Numbered from the stretch's first letter, positions 34,801 to 43,715 are shown. The stretch is 64,000 nt of DNA from Thermoplasmata archaeon (GCA_050749465.1 JBOGRO010000017.1:1191-65190), one strand, 5' to 3'. The notes: generated by a model not told the origin, from the sequence alone. Made by a program: numbers and translations.

Positions 34801-35615
34801 TGGCTGCCCCCGGCCACCCCGGAGGCCGGAGGGGCGGACGGGCGGGCCGCGAGGCGCTGGCGCAGCCAGTAGTTCTTCAGGACTCGGCGGAAGACGAGCG
34901 AGAACGGGATCGTGTAGAGACTGAAGATCAAGAACCAGATCGGGAAGAGCCAGATCTTGGTCGTGGACAGGTTGACGATCGTCCCGCCGAGGCTGACCGT
35001 TTGCGCCAACGCGGTCGCGTCCCCGATCACGAGCCCGACCCACGTGTAGATCAAGACCAGGAGGAAATAGGTGATCGCCATCCCCTTGAACTGGGCGATC
35101 GACACCTCGCTGGAGAGGCGGGTCAGCCGCTCCTGGTGGGGCTTCAGCGCCGCGATCCGGTCCTTCTTCCCGGAGCGGATCGCCTCCATCTGGACCTTGC
35201 GGAAGGCGGAGCTCCACTTCTGCACCTTCGCCGCCTTGATCCAGTCGGTCGTGTAGTTGTAGGCGAGCGCGGTGACGCCCATCTCGATCGCCCCCGCGAT
35301 CGCCATCGTCACGAGCAGGTAGTTGGAGTGGAATCCGATCGCGTAGTAGAGCGGTCCCGACTGACCCGGGCTGACGCCGAGGAGGCTGGCGATCTGGTTG
35401 CGCGCGGCATTGTCGATCAGCATCAGGAGCCCGAGCATCCCGAGGAAGACGTAGAGGAACGTCGAGACCTTGAACGTCGGCGGTGCCGGCCGCGCCGGCG
35501 CCGCCGTCGCGGCGGTCTCCGCCTCCTCCTCCGACTCGGCGTCCGCCTCCTCGTCGGAGCTCAGGGTCTCCCCGGCGGGGACGATCGACGGCAGCGGCTC
35601 CTCGTCCGTCGGCAC
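34797..35615 (-). CDS. DUF106 / EMC3-TMCO1-like membrane protein (archaeal Oxa1-superfamily insertase candidate) with an acidic N-terminal extension
   Basis: It has 3 TM helices and a coiled coil (WIKAAKVQKWSSAFRKVQMEAIRSGKKDRIAALKPHQERL). The position downstream of secY is conserved. Confidence 0.8.
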   Translation of the reverse strand: MPTDEEPLPSIVPAGETLSSDEEADAESEEEAETAATAAPARPAPPTFKVSTFLYVFLGMLGLLMLIDNAARNQIASLLGVSPGQSGPLYYAIGFHSNYLLVTMAIAGAIEMGVTALAYNYTTDWIKAAKVQKWSSAFRKVQMEAIRSGKKDRIAALKPHQERLTRLSSEVSIAQFKGMAITYFLLVLIYTWVGLVIGDATALAQTVSLGGTIVNLSTTKIWLFPIWFLIFSLYTIPFSLVFRRVLKNYWLRQRLAARPSAPPASGVAGGSQ

Positions 35616-35619
35616 GGGC

Positions 35620-37386
35620 CTACGACTCGCCTCCCAGGAACCGGCGGAGGAGCGGGTTCATCTCCATCAACTGCTCGCGGCCCATCGCCTCGTAGAGATT
35701 GATGATGATCCCGACCATGAGCAGGACGCCCGTCCCGCTCGCATTGCCGAGGGTCCCTATGAGGTCGGCGCCCGCCGCGAGCGCGCCCACCGCGGCCCCC
35801 GAGATGACCGTGATGACGGGGATATACCGCTCCAGCACCCGACGTAATACGCGAGGCTCTCTGCGGAACCCGGGGATCTGCATCCCGGACGCTTCGATCT
35901 GACGGGCGACCGCCTCCGGCCCCATGTTGGTCGTCTGGATCCAGAACTTCGCGAAGAGGATCGAGCCGCCGACCATCGCGCCGAAGTAGACCGCGACGTG
36001 GATGAGCCCCTGCCACCACGCGTGGCCGTAGAGGAAGCTCCCGTACTGCTGGTAGTTCAGGATCGGTAAGAGCCACGTCTCGAGGCCGTCGACCGTCGAT
36101 AAGTAGTACGCTCCCCCCGTCAGCGGTTGAGTCTGACTTAAACTATGCGCGGTCGCGTACGCCGCGGTCGGGTACTGACCGATCCACCACTGGTGGCCGA
36201 TCAGCGGGAAGTGGATGAGCGTCGGGTTCGTCCAGAGGAGGATCGTGAAGACCGAGACGTTCGCAAGCAAGGCGCTCATTAAGATGACCGGGATGTTCGA
36301 CGCGTAGATCAGCCGCAACGGATACCGACCGCGCGCCCCGCGCGCCTCGGCGTGGGAGAGCGGCAGCTCGATGCGGGTCGACTCGGTCCACGCGACGAGG
36401 AAGAAGATCGCGGCCGTCCCGACCAGCGCGATGATCGGGTTGGGGGCGCGTAACAAGACGAGCTCCCAGCCGCCGCCGGCCATCTGGGTCGCGGAGAGGT
36501 GAGTGAAGAAGTAGAGCGTCTTCGGGATCGTGCCGCTCGGGGGATTGCTGATCCCGATCGGCGATCCCGGGGTCTCGGGGATCCAGTTGAGCGTCCCCTG
36601 GATGATCTGCTGCGAGACGCCGGCGGCGATGAAGAGCGAGATCCCGCTGCCGATCCCCCACTTGGAGACGACCTCGTCCATGAGGAAGACGAGGTAGCTG
36701 CCGAAGACGAGCTGGGCGATGATGATCACGTTCGCGAGGAGGAGCCCGTTCCCCGGCGAGGCGATGCCGAGCGAGGTGACGATGCTCGTCGAGGGGGTCA
36801 GGTAGCCGAAGACCTGCGGGACCGCCTCGACGAAGATCATCGCGACGACGAGGACCTTCTGGACCCCTTGGTAGGTCGCCTTGTCCTCGTCGTCCGTAAG
36901 GTCGAGGTTGATGATCTTCGCCCCGGTGAATAACTGCATGATGATCGACCCGGTGACGATCGGGCCGATCCCGAGGTGCATGAGCGTCCCCTGCGCCCCG
37001 GCGAGGATCGCGCGGTAGCTGGCGAACAGGTCGATGACGGTCGACTGGTCGACCCCGAAGATGTAGATGTTCGTGAGCAGGAAGTACAGGAGGAGGATCC
37101 CGATCGTCCAGAACATCTTCGTCCGGAAATGGACGTGGCCCTTCGGCTGGGTCACCGCGGGCATCCGGCTCGTGATCGGTTTCAGGCCGTAGAGGCGGGA
37201 ACGGGAGCCCGCGTAGGAGAGGCCGAGGTAGAAGACCGCCATCACGACGAAGACGGTGACGGACGCGACCGCGAACGCAATGATCGTCGGGTGGCCCCAG
37301 AACCAGATCAGCGCGAGAAGGGCGACCCCAATGACCGTCAGTGCGACGGCCCAGCGGTGGTCGCGGGGGATCTCCTCGTCCGCCAT
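35620..37386 (-). CDS. secY: Preprotein translocase subunit SecY, unusually long (588 aa)
   Basis: The canonical archaeal SecY begins at about residue 64 (LYGLKPITSRMPAVTQPKGHVHFRTKMFWT...) and is preceded by two additional hydrophobic helices. The ATG at 37386 lies 26-34 nt downstream of a strong TATA box. Confidence 0.92.
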   Translation of the reverse strand: MADEEIPRDHRWAVALTVIGVALLALIWFWGHPTIIAFAVASVTVFVVMAVFYLGLSYAGSRSRLYGLKPITSRMPAVTQPKGHVHFRTKMFWTIGILLLYFLLTNIYIFGVDQSTVIDLFASYRAILAGAQGTLMHLGIGPIVTGSIIMQLFTGAKIINLDLTDDEDKATYQGVQKVLVVAMIFVEAVPQVFGYLTPSTSIVTSLGIASPGNGLLLANVIIIAQLVFGSYLVFLMDEVVSKWGIGSGISLFIAAGVSQQIIQGTLNWIPETPGSPIGISNPPSGTIPKTLYFFTHLSATQMAGGGWELVLLRAPNPIIALVGTAAIFFLVAWTESTRIELPLSHAEARGARGRYPLRLIYASNIPVILMSALLANVSVFTILLWTNPTLIHFPLIGHQWWIGQYPTAAYATAHSLSQTQPLTGGAYYLSTVDGLETWLLPILNYQQYGSFLYGHAWWQGLIHVAVYFGAMVGGSILFAKFWIQTTNMGPEAVARQIEASGMQIPGFRREPRVLRRVLERYIPVITVISGAAVGALAAGADLIGTLGNASGTGVLLMVGIIINLYEAMGREQLMEMNPLLRRFLGGES

Positions 37387-37411
37387 CGAACCGCCGACGA
37401 CCCCGGACCCG

Positions 37412-37421
37412 AATAATATAG
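37412..37421 (-). promoter_or_regulatory. TATA box (CTATATTATT on the minus strand) between the rpl15 stop and the secY ATG
   Basis: AATAATATAG at 37412-37421 is the most AT-rich decamer I found in the r-protein region. Its spacing to ATG 37386 fits a leaderless internal promoter. Confidence 0.55.
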
Positions 37422-37422
37422 T

Positions 37423-37866
37423 CTACGGGGAAGCGGCAGCGGCGGGCGGGGCCGACGTCGCCGCGACGACCGCGACCTTCTCGCGGGCGTGGCGGGTCGC
37501 ATGGGCCACGATGACCTTCCACGACCGCTCGGACTTCCCCTTTCCGAGCAATCGGTCGACCCCGGCCTTCGTGAGGTCGGCGACGAACGCCTCCCCGTCG
37601 CGCGAGAGCGCGCCCGCGGCCTCGAGCACCGGGACGAACGCGTCGAGCTCGCCCACGTTCAGCGACGTTGGCCGCGCGACGATCTCGGGCGGCCGGGTGA
37701 ACCCATGCCGGCCGAAGTGGTCGGGGGCGTAGATCAGCATCGACTTGAACTTGTACTTGTGGAGGCCCGCGTTCCCGCGTCCGCCCTGCTTCCCCGCGCC
37801 GCGGCCCGCCTTGATGCCACGACCGTGGGTGCGCAGCCCCCGGAACTTCCGCGTACGGCTCGGCAT
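37423..37866 (-). CDS. rpl15: 50S ribosomal protein uL15
   Basis: Internal ATG at 37866 gives MPSRTRKFRGLRTHGRGIKAGRGAGKQGGRGNAG... Confidence 0.93.
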   Translation of the reverse strand: MPSRTRKFRGLRTHGRGIKAGRGAGKQGGRGNAGLHKYKFKSMLIYAPDHFGRHGFTRPPEIVARPTSLNVGELDAFVPVLEAAGALSRDGEAFVADLTKAGVDRLLGKGKSERSWKVIVAHATRHAREKVAVVAATSAPPAAAASP

Positions 37867-37874
37867 CGACCCTC

Positions 37875-38333
37875 CTACATCATCCGGCGGACGAGGTCGT
37901 TGATCGACCGGCCGCGGTAGCCGAGCGCGCCGCCGAGCGCGAACGGCTTCTTCGTCGACCGCCACCCGCCCTTCGGGGCGCGCAGGCGGAAGCGTGGGCG
38001 GAGCCCCGCGATCGGCGGGAGGCCCCGCTCGGAGACCGAGCGCGTCAGTTCGGGGAGGTCCTTCGCCCGGAGCTCGTCGCCGAGGACCTCCGGGGTGATC
38101 CGCTTGCCCGCGACCGTCTCGCCGCGTTCCTTGAGCAGGAGGCCGACCGTCTCGGGCTCGGCCTCGCCCCACGTGATGTACCCCTGGACCTTCGCGAGCA
38201 TGCCCGTGAACGACGCCGCCTCGGGGAGGACGGTCGCGTGGTTCGGCCGCGTCAAGTGCAAGAATTGCAGCGTCTCCGTGATGTCGTGCCGAGCGTGTAT
38301 CGTTCCGCGGACCCGCACCACCATCCACGCCAT
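37875..38333 (-). CDS. rpl30: 50S ribosomal protein uL30
   Basis: The sequence reads MAWMVVRVRGTIHARHDITETLQFLHLTRPNHATV..., and the operon position fits. Confidence 0.93.
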   Translation of the reverse strand: MAWMVVRVRGTIHARHDITETLQFLHLTRPNHATVLPEAASFTGMLAKVQGYITWGEAEPETVGLLLKERGETVAGKRITPEVLGDELRAKDLPELTRSVSERGLPPIAGLRPRFRLRAPKGGWRSTKKPFALGGALGYRGRSINDLVRRMM

Positions 38334-38337
38334 TTTC

Positions 38338-39207
38338 CTACCTCCCCGTCGGCGGGCCCGGTCGTCGTCCCGGTCCCGCGCCCGGCGGGCCGCCCGGCCC
38401 TCCGCGACCCGGTCCTCCGCGTCCCGGGGGCCCGCCGCGCCCGCCGGGCCGTCGTCCGCCGCGGCCCCCGCGCATCGGGCGCACCCCTTCCTCCTTGGGA
38501 GGCAGGATCGACGTACCGACCGGGCCGCGGACGATCTTGAGCCGGCCCGCGTCCTCGGGTCGGACCTTGAGCTCGGAGAGCGCGACGAGGGTGCGGTACG
38601 CCGCCTGCGCGTAGTTCACGGTCGTCTTCGAGTGGCCGGCGGTGTACCCCCAGGCGTCCGTGATCCCGGCGAACCGCAGGACCGGCTTCGCGACGCCGCC
38701 GACCGCGAGCCCGACACCGCGCGGCGCCGGCTTGAACGTGACGACGACCGACCCCGAGCGTCCACGGACCTGGAACGGCAGCGTGTGCGAGCGGCCGCAG
38801 CCGCACTCCCAGCTGCCACAGCCGCGGAGGACCTCGACCACGCCGAGCTTCGCCCGGTCGATCGCGCGTCGGATCGTCGGGCCCACCTCGCGACCCTTCG
38901 CCCGCCCGAGCCCGACGAACCCATCCCCGTTCCCGACCACGACCGTGACGGCGAACTTGAACCGGCGCCCGGAGTCGGTCATCCGCTGGACCATGTTGAC
39001 GTCGAGGACCTCGTCATGGAGGCCGGGAAGGAGCTTGTCGACGATCTGCGGTTCACGGAGCGGGAGGCCGGTCGCGAGCGCGGCGCTCATCGTCGTGATC
39101 TCGTCCGCGGCGACGCGCTTGCCGAGCTCGGTCTTCGGCACCCACGGTGGCGCCGGCGCCTGCACCGGGGGACCGCCCGGACGCCCGCCGCCGAAGGAGG
39201 CGCTCAT
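38338..39207 (-). CDS. rps5: 30S ribosomal protein uS5 with a C-terminal RGG/PG-rich tail
   Basis: The core reads DVNMVQRMTDSGRRFKFAVTVVVGNGDGFVGLGRAKG...GVGLAVGGVAKPVL. It is followed by a tail of about 45 aa: MRGGRGGRRPGGRGGPPGRGGPGRGG... Confidence 0.92.
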   Translation of the reverse strand: MSASFGGGRPGGPPVQAPAPPWVPKTELGKRVAADEITTMSAALATGLPLREPQIVDKLLPGLHDEVLDVNMVQRMTDSGRRFKFAVTVVVGNGDGFVGLGRAKGREVGPTIRRAIDRAKLGVVEVLRGCGSWECGCGRSHTLPFQVRGRSGSVVVTFKPAPRGVGLAVGGVAKPVLRFAGITDAWGYTAGHSKTTVNYAQAAYRTLVALSELKVRPEDAGRLKIVRGPVGTSILPPKEEGVRPMRGGRGGRRPGGRGGPPGRGGPGRGGPGGPPGAGPGRRPGPPTGR

Positions 39208-39734
39208 GCGGCGGCCCCCTTCGGCGCGCCGAGGAGGTCCGGCAGCTTCAGCTTGTACGCCTCGATCGGGGACGGGAGGGGTTTCCCGAGATGGGTGCCG
39301 TTGAGCCGGTCCGGGCTCGGGAACCCGCCCTCCCCGTGCGGGATCTCGATCCCCGCGTCCAGGAGGCCCTTCAGCGCGGCGGCGAGCCGCCCGCCCTCGG
39401 TCGGACGGCGGAGTCCGGCGTCCAGGACCGCCGTCCCCGTCCCGTGCGCCTTTCCGCGCAGGCCGGCGAGGTACGCGGTGAGGTACGCGGCCGGCGTCGA
39501 GGCGAGGCTACCCGCCGGGAACGCGACGCCCGAGAGCTCACGGCTGTCGGCCGCGGCGAGGACGCGGTCGCCGGTCGGGGTGTAAGCGACGAGCGCGACG
39601 CGGACGCGCCGGTCGGTGAGGCGGACGACCGCGCGGGGCTCGCCCGACTTCAGAAGCCGGAGACGGACCCGGTAATCGGTCTTCCCTTCCCGTCGGCGGC
39701 GGAACGGGACGCGGTAGCTCGGGCCGCTGCTCAT
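39204..39734 (-). CDS. rpl18: 50S ribosomal protein uL18
   Basis: Internal ATG at 39734 (ATGA overlap with rpl19e) gives MSSGPSYRVPFRRRREGKTDYRVRLRLL... Confidence 0.93.
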   Translation of the reverse strand: MSSGPSYRVPFRRRREGKTDYRVRLRLLKSGEPRAVVRLTDRRVRVALVAYTPTGDRVLAAADSRELSGVAFPAGSLASTPAAYLTAYLAGLRGKAHGTGTAVLDAGLRRPTEGGRLAAALKGLLDAGIEIPHGEGGFPSPDRLNGTHLGKPLPSPIEAYKLKLPDLLGAPKGAAA

Positions 39735-40201
39735 GCCGCTTCCCCCTTCAGGTGACCGGCAAGACGGAGGTTGACGAGGAGGTGGGCGCGGCTGCGGAAC
39801 ATGCCGCCCTTCGCGCGCCGGTAGAACTGGCGGTAGGCGCCGGAGGGGATCTGCTGCTGGTCGCGCAACTCCATCAGGAGCTCGCGCTGGGCGCGGATCC
39901 GCCGCATCCAACGATCCTTCTTCGGGAGCCGGGCGCGCGGCGTGCCCCGGCGGGAGCCGGGGCCGGAGTGCCGGCCCTTCGCGACCTCGGCGGCGTGGAG
40001 CCGAGCGCGCGCGCGGGATGTTCCCGGGATCGCCTTGCGGCGGATGACGCCCGCCTTGATCGCGCTCCGCACGTCGCTGCGGGTGACGGCGTCGGCGAGC
40101 TCCTCCTGGCTCGCGGGGTCGATCCAGACGCGACCCTCCCCGCATTTGAGGAGGGCGGCGGCGAGGCGCCGCTGGTTGGAGAGGTCCGGCATCGAGCTCA
40201 C
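39731..40201 (-). CDS. rpl19e: 50S ribosomal protein eL19
   Basis: The sequence reads LSNQRRLAAALLKCGEGRVWIDP...RRKAIPGTSRARAR... Confidence 0.93.
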   Translation of the reverse strand: MSSMPDLSNQRRLAAALLKCGEGRVWIDPASQEELADAVTRSDVRSAIKAGVIRRKAIPGTSRARARLHAAEVAKGRHSGPGSRRGTPRARLPKKDRWMRRIRAQRELLMELRDQQQIPSGAYRQFYRRAKGGMFRSRAHLLVNLRLAGHLKGEAA

Positions 40202-40779
40202 GCCTCCCGCTCGGACTTAACGATTGGGTTCAGTATGTGCACGCCCAGCGTGCGGGCATGCTCCTCGAGCGCGAGGCGCCGACGTGTACCGACGCCCCGG
40301 GCGATGATCGCGGCTTCGGTCTTCGGGTCGATCCGTTCGAGGTCGCGCGGCGTGTTCACGATCACCGGTCGGAACCCGCTCGGGACGAGGCCACGGACCG
40401 CGGCCGGCGAGCGGTAGCCGATGCTGACGATCTCGGCGCGGTACCCGTAGTGACGGCGCTGCTTCGACTGCAGTCCCCGGGGGCGGCGCCAGGCGCCGTC
40501 CCGTCCGATCCGCCAGTACCGGTTCGCGGCCTGTCGGCCAAAGATCGGTCGCCGGCGATCGATCGAGCGACGTAGCGTGAGGAGGCGAGCCCGCTCGCGC
40601 GAGAGCGTCGCGCGCTTCGGCGCGGGCTTCTCCTCGGGCTTGTCCCCCTTCTTCTTCGCGGGGACCGTCGGCTCGGCGTCCTTCGCGCGGGGCGCAGCGC
40701 CCCGTCGGCGAGGGGCCGGCGTCGTCGGGGCCGGGGTAGCGGGAACGTCGGTCGCCGGCTCGGGACTCTCGTCCGCCAT
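40198..40779 (-). CDS. rpl32e: 50S ribosomal protein eL32 with a Pro/Ala/Lys-rich N-terminal extension
   Basis: Internal ATG at 40779 (ATGA overlap with rpl6). The core reads FGRQAANRYWRIGRDGAWRRPRGLQSKQRRHYGYR... Confidence 0.9.
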   Translation of the reverse strand: MADESPEPATDVPATPAPTTPAPRRRGAAPRAKDAEPTVPAKKKGDKPEEKPAPKRATLSRERARLLTLRRSIDRRRPIFGRQAANRYWRIGRDGAWRRPRGLQSKQRRHYGYRAEIVSIGYRSPAAVRGLVPSGFRPVIVNTPRDLERIDPKTEAAIIARGVGTRRRLALEEHARTLGVHILNPIVKSEREA

Positions 40780-41342
40780 CAGTTCGCCTCCTTCAGGTGG
40801 GCGCGCTCGACGAGATAGATGCCGTCCTGGAAGACGCGGGGGTCGTAGTCGCGGATGTGGGTCGCGCGCTCCACGTTCGCGGCGCTCTGTCCGACCTGCT
40901 CGACGTCGTGGCCGCTCAGCGTCACGATGTCCCCCTCGACGACCGCCTTCGTTCCGGGGAGGAGCTTCGTCGTCCGCGGGAACTTCTCGCCGAGGAAGTT
41001 CTCGATGACGAGCTCCTCGCCCCGGACGGAGACCTTCATCGGGAAGTGCGCGGCGACGACCTTCATGCGGGCTTCGACCCCGTGGGTGAGCCCGCCGGCG
41101 AGGTTCCGCAGGTGGGCGGCCCACGTCCGCAGTAGCGACTGGGAGCGCTTGCGCTCGGAGGCGACTCGGAGCGTCAGCGTGACCGAGCCCTCGCGAACCG
41201 CGAGCTCGAGGACGTCCGACGGGAACGGCCGCTCCACGGCGCCGAGGGGGCCTTTCGCGGCGAGGCGGCCCGGGGTCACGGTGAACCGGATCCCCTTCGG
41301 GACCTCGATGACCTCGCGGGAGCGGTCGGGGTCAGTAGACAT
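40779..41342 (-). CDS. rpl6: 50S ribosomal protein uL6
   Basis: Internal ATG at 41342 gives MSTDPDRSREVIEVPKGIRFTV...HFPMKVSVRGEELVIENFLGEK... Confidence 0.93.
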   Translation of the reverse strand: MSTDPDRSREVIEVPKGIRFTVTPGRLAAKGPLGAVERPFPSDVLELAVREGSVTLTLRVASERKRSQSLLRTWAAHLRNLAGGLTHGVEARMKVVAAHFPMKVSVRGEELVIENFLGEKFPRTTKLLPGTKAVVEGDIVTLSGHDVEQVGQSAANVERATHIRDYDPRVFQDGIYLVERAHLKEAN

Positions 41343-41721
41343 AGGCGAGCAGCCGACCCCCGATCTTGAGCTCCCGCGCTTCCATGTGCGAGAGGACCCC
41401 GCGGTTCGTGGAGAGGACGAGGAGGCCGAAGTCCTGGGCCAGCAGGAACCGCGCCTCATAGCGCTCGAGGCCGTCGTGCGGCACGGCGATCCGGGGCTTG
41501 ATGACGCCGCACGAGTTGATCCGGCGGCCGAGCTTGACCTCGTACTGGCCGCCGCGACCCGTCGGGACGAACGTGAACTCCTCGATGTAGTGGTGCTCAC
41601 GGAAGATCCGGAGCACCTCCGCGATCAACTTCGAGGTCGGGGCAAGGTTGACGCCGGGCTTCCCGTCGCGGTCGGCGTGCCGGAGGGTGACGAGGGCGTC
41701 GTTCAGGAGATCGTGCTGCAT
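41332..41721 (-). CDS. rps8: 30S ribosomal protein uS8
   Basis: The sequence reads MQHDLLNDALVTLRHADRDGK...GGRLLAYVY. Confidence 0.94.
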   Translation of the reverse strand: MQHDLLNDALVTLRHADRDGKPGVNLAPTSKLIAEVLRIFREHHYIEEFTFVPTGRGGQYEVKLGRRINSCGVIKPRIAVPHDGLERYEARFLLAQDFGLLVLSTNRGVLSHMEARELKIGGRLLAYVY

Positions 41722-41734
41722 GCGGTTTCCCTCC

Positions 41735-41884
41735 TCACTGGTACTTGCGGAAGCCGAGGTCGACGGCGACCTCGCGGAAGCACTGTCGGCAGACGTGGAG
41801 CCCGTAGCGGCGCACGATCCCGCGCTTTCGGTCGCAGCGCAGGCATCCTTCCTTGCGTCCGAACCGCTTCTTGGGTTTCGACAT
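41735..41884 (-). CDS. rps14: 30S ribosomal protein uS14 (Zn-ribbon type, 49 aa)
   Basis: It is not in the ORF track because it is shorter than 60 aa. Hand translation gives [49 protein letters not shown]. Confidence 0.92.
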   Translation of the reverse strand: MSKPKKRFGRKEGCLRCDRKRGIVRRYGLHVCRQCFREVAVDLGFRKYQ

Positions 41885-41887
41885 CGC

Positions 41888-42448
41888 TCACTCCAGGACC
41901 GTGACGTGGAACGCGCTCTCGAGGAAGGCGCGGGTCTCCGCCGCGGTCGATCGGATCGACCGGGGGATCGGGCGGGAACGGACCCGGCGCTGGCGAACGC
42001 GGTAGCCGGCCCGTCCGACCTCGACCGCGACGTCCATGCCGTGGATGCCGATCAGGGGGTCGTACTTCATGCCCGTAAAGTCGGTGTAGTCGGCGATCCC
42101 AAAGGAGAAGTTCCCGTTCCGGTCGATCGAGTCGGCATCGAGCTGGCGGTCCCGGGCCTCGAAAGCGCGCCCGAGGAAGTCGACGGCGACCGTGCCGCGG
42201 AGCGTGACCTTCGCGCCGATCTCCTGGCCCTGACGGATCCCGAAGTCCCGGTTGGTCGAGTGGGCGCGCGTGGCGACCGGCTTCTGGTGGGTGATCATCT
42301 GGAGGACCTTCTCGGCCTTCGTCCGGTTCTCACCGGATTCGCCCACCCCGGCGTTGACGACGACCTTGATGACGCGGATCGCGCGGTGCGGGTTCCCGGC
42401 GGGCGCCGGAGCGGCGGGCACAGCCACGGAGCCCGGCGACGCGCTCAT
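41888..42448 (-). CDS. rpl5: 50S ribosomal protein uL5
   Basis: The sequence reads RVIKVVVNAGVGESGE...ITHQKPVATRAH...FSFGIADYTDF... Confidence 0.93.
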   Translation of the reverse strand: MSASPGSVAVPAAPAPAGNPHRAIRVIKVVVNAGVGESGENRTKAEKVLQMITHQKPVATRAHSTNRDFGIRQGQEIGAKVTLRGTVAVDFLGRAFEARDRQLDADSIDRNGNFSFGIADYTDFTGMKYDPLIGIHGMDVAVEVGRAGYRVRQRRVRSRPIPRSIRSTAAETRAFLESAFHVTVLE

Positions 42449-43161
42449 CGCGCGACCCCCTCGGCGATCGTGACCTCGGGCGCCGCCTGTCCGACGACGA
42501 AGACGTACTCCTTCACGGTCGAGAATCCCTCCTTGAAGTGGACGAGGTTCGGCTGCGAGGAGTTGCGGACCTCGACGCGCTCGACCCGCGCGAGCTCGCC
42601 GACGTGGGTGCCGCCCGCGACGTAGGCGAGGGCGCCCGCGGCGAGGGGCAGGTGGTTGACGACCTTCTGGCTCGGGACCTCGAGCTTCAGCGAGTCGCCG
42701 ACGTGGTAGGCACTGGTCGCCGGGACGAGGAGGTTCCGCCCGTCGTGGAGCGTGACCTCGATCCGGCCCTTCGGCACGGCGTGCTTGAATCGGACCCGTC
42801 CGATCTTGAGCGTCGCCTCGGCGGGGGGGATCCCGACGAGCACGAGCTTGCCGCGCCGGTCCTTCATGACCCGATAGTGCGCGTCGAGCGGAGCGGCGAA
42901 CGAGAGCGTGTCCATCAGCCCGAGGCCCCGGTCGAGGTCCTTGGCGACCTTCCCGTCGACCCGAACGGCGCCGGAGCGCAGGAGGATCCGCGCCTCGCGA
43001 GCGCTCGCGACGAGGTGGCGGAGGTCACGGAGAACAAGCAGGAGCGGGATCGACTGGTCCTGGGCGTGGGGGCCCGGTCCGGGCCGCTTGACCCACTTCG
43101 TACCTTTCCGTGGGATCGTCCAGGCACGCGGGGCGGCGCGGCGCTTGAGGCGGAACGTCAT
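42445..43161 (-). CDS. rps4e: 30S ribosomal protein eS4
   Basis: The sequence reads LKRRAAPRAWTIPRKGTKWVKRPGPGPH... with S4 and KOW domains. Confidence 0.93.
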   Translation of the reverse strand: MTFRLKRRAAPRAWTIPRKGTKWVKRPGPGPHAQDQSIPLLLVLRDLRHLVASAREARILLRSGAVRVDGKVAKDLDRGLGLMDTLSFAAPLDAHYRVMKDRRGKLVLVGIPPAEATLKIGRVRFKHAVPKGRIEVTLHDGRNLLVPATSAYHVGDSLKLEVPSQKVVNHLPLAAGALAYVAGGTHVGELARVERVEVRNSSQPNLVHFKEGFSTVKEYVFVVGQAAPEVTIAEGVAR

Positions 43162-43715
43162 TGCTCCTCCTCGGAGGGCGGGCTCTCGGCGTCAACGGCC
43201 TCCGCGTCGGGCGTCGGAGCCACCCGCTTCGAGGCCCGCTTCGGCGCGGGGGGGGGGAGCGCCGCGGGCTCGCTCTTCGGGGCTTCGACGGGCGCGCCCT
43301 CGGTCGTCTCCTCGACCTCGGGGGATTCTCCGCGCTCCTCGGGGGTGACGTCGGCGTCGGAGACCTGGAGGGCGCGGCGCCGCCAGGCGTCGGAGAGGTT
43401 CAGGCGCGTGATCACGAGGTGGGTCGTCCGGATCGGCAGCGGTTTCAGCTTCTCCTCGCCGGTCTTGAGCGTGACGTTGTCGAGGATCACCGAGTAGGAG
43501 CGGCGGTCGACGCGCGCGACGCGCTCCTCGCGACCGACGAAGCTCCCGGCGAGGACGCGGACGGTGTCTCCCTTCCGCAGCGGCAGCGACCGCGCGTGGA
43601 AGCGGGCCCTTAGGTCGCGCGAGAGCGGGACCGTCATGCGGCGCCTCCGCTGGAACGTGTGAGCCGTGTACAGTGCCTTGCGCTGACGGCGGGGGGAGTG
43701 GGGAGACGCGCGCAT
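43158..43715 (-). CDS. rpl24: 50S ribosomal protein uL24 with an acidic C-terminal extension of about 65 aa
   Basis: The sequence reads SPRRQRKALYTAHTFQRRRRMTVPLSRDLR...RKGDTVRVLAGSFVGREERV (KOW), followed by ...EERGESPEVEETTEGAPVEAP...SEEEQ. Confidence 0.92.
   Translation of the reverse strand: MRASPHSPRRQRKALYTAHTFQRRRRMTVPLSRDLRARFHARSLPLRKGDTVRVLAGSFVGREERVARVDRRSYSVILDNVTLKTGEEKLKPLPIRTTHLVITRLNLSDAWRRRALQVSDADVTPEERGESPEVEETTEGAPVEAPKSEPAALPPPAPKRASKRVAPTPDAEAVDAESPPSEEEQ

Noticed and set aside
34797-37386. The absence of adenylate kinase (and of L34e and L14e genes) between secY and cmk as a meaningful deletion.
   Set aside because: Gene content at this end of the archaeal r-protein cluster varies between lineages, and adk can be located elsewhere. 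This cannot be evaluated from a single window.
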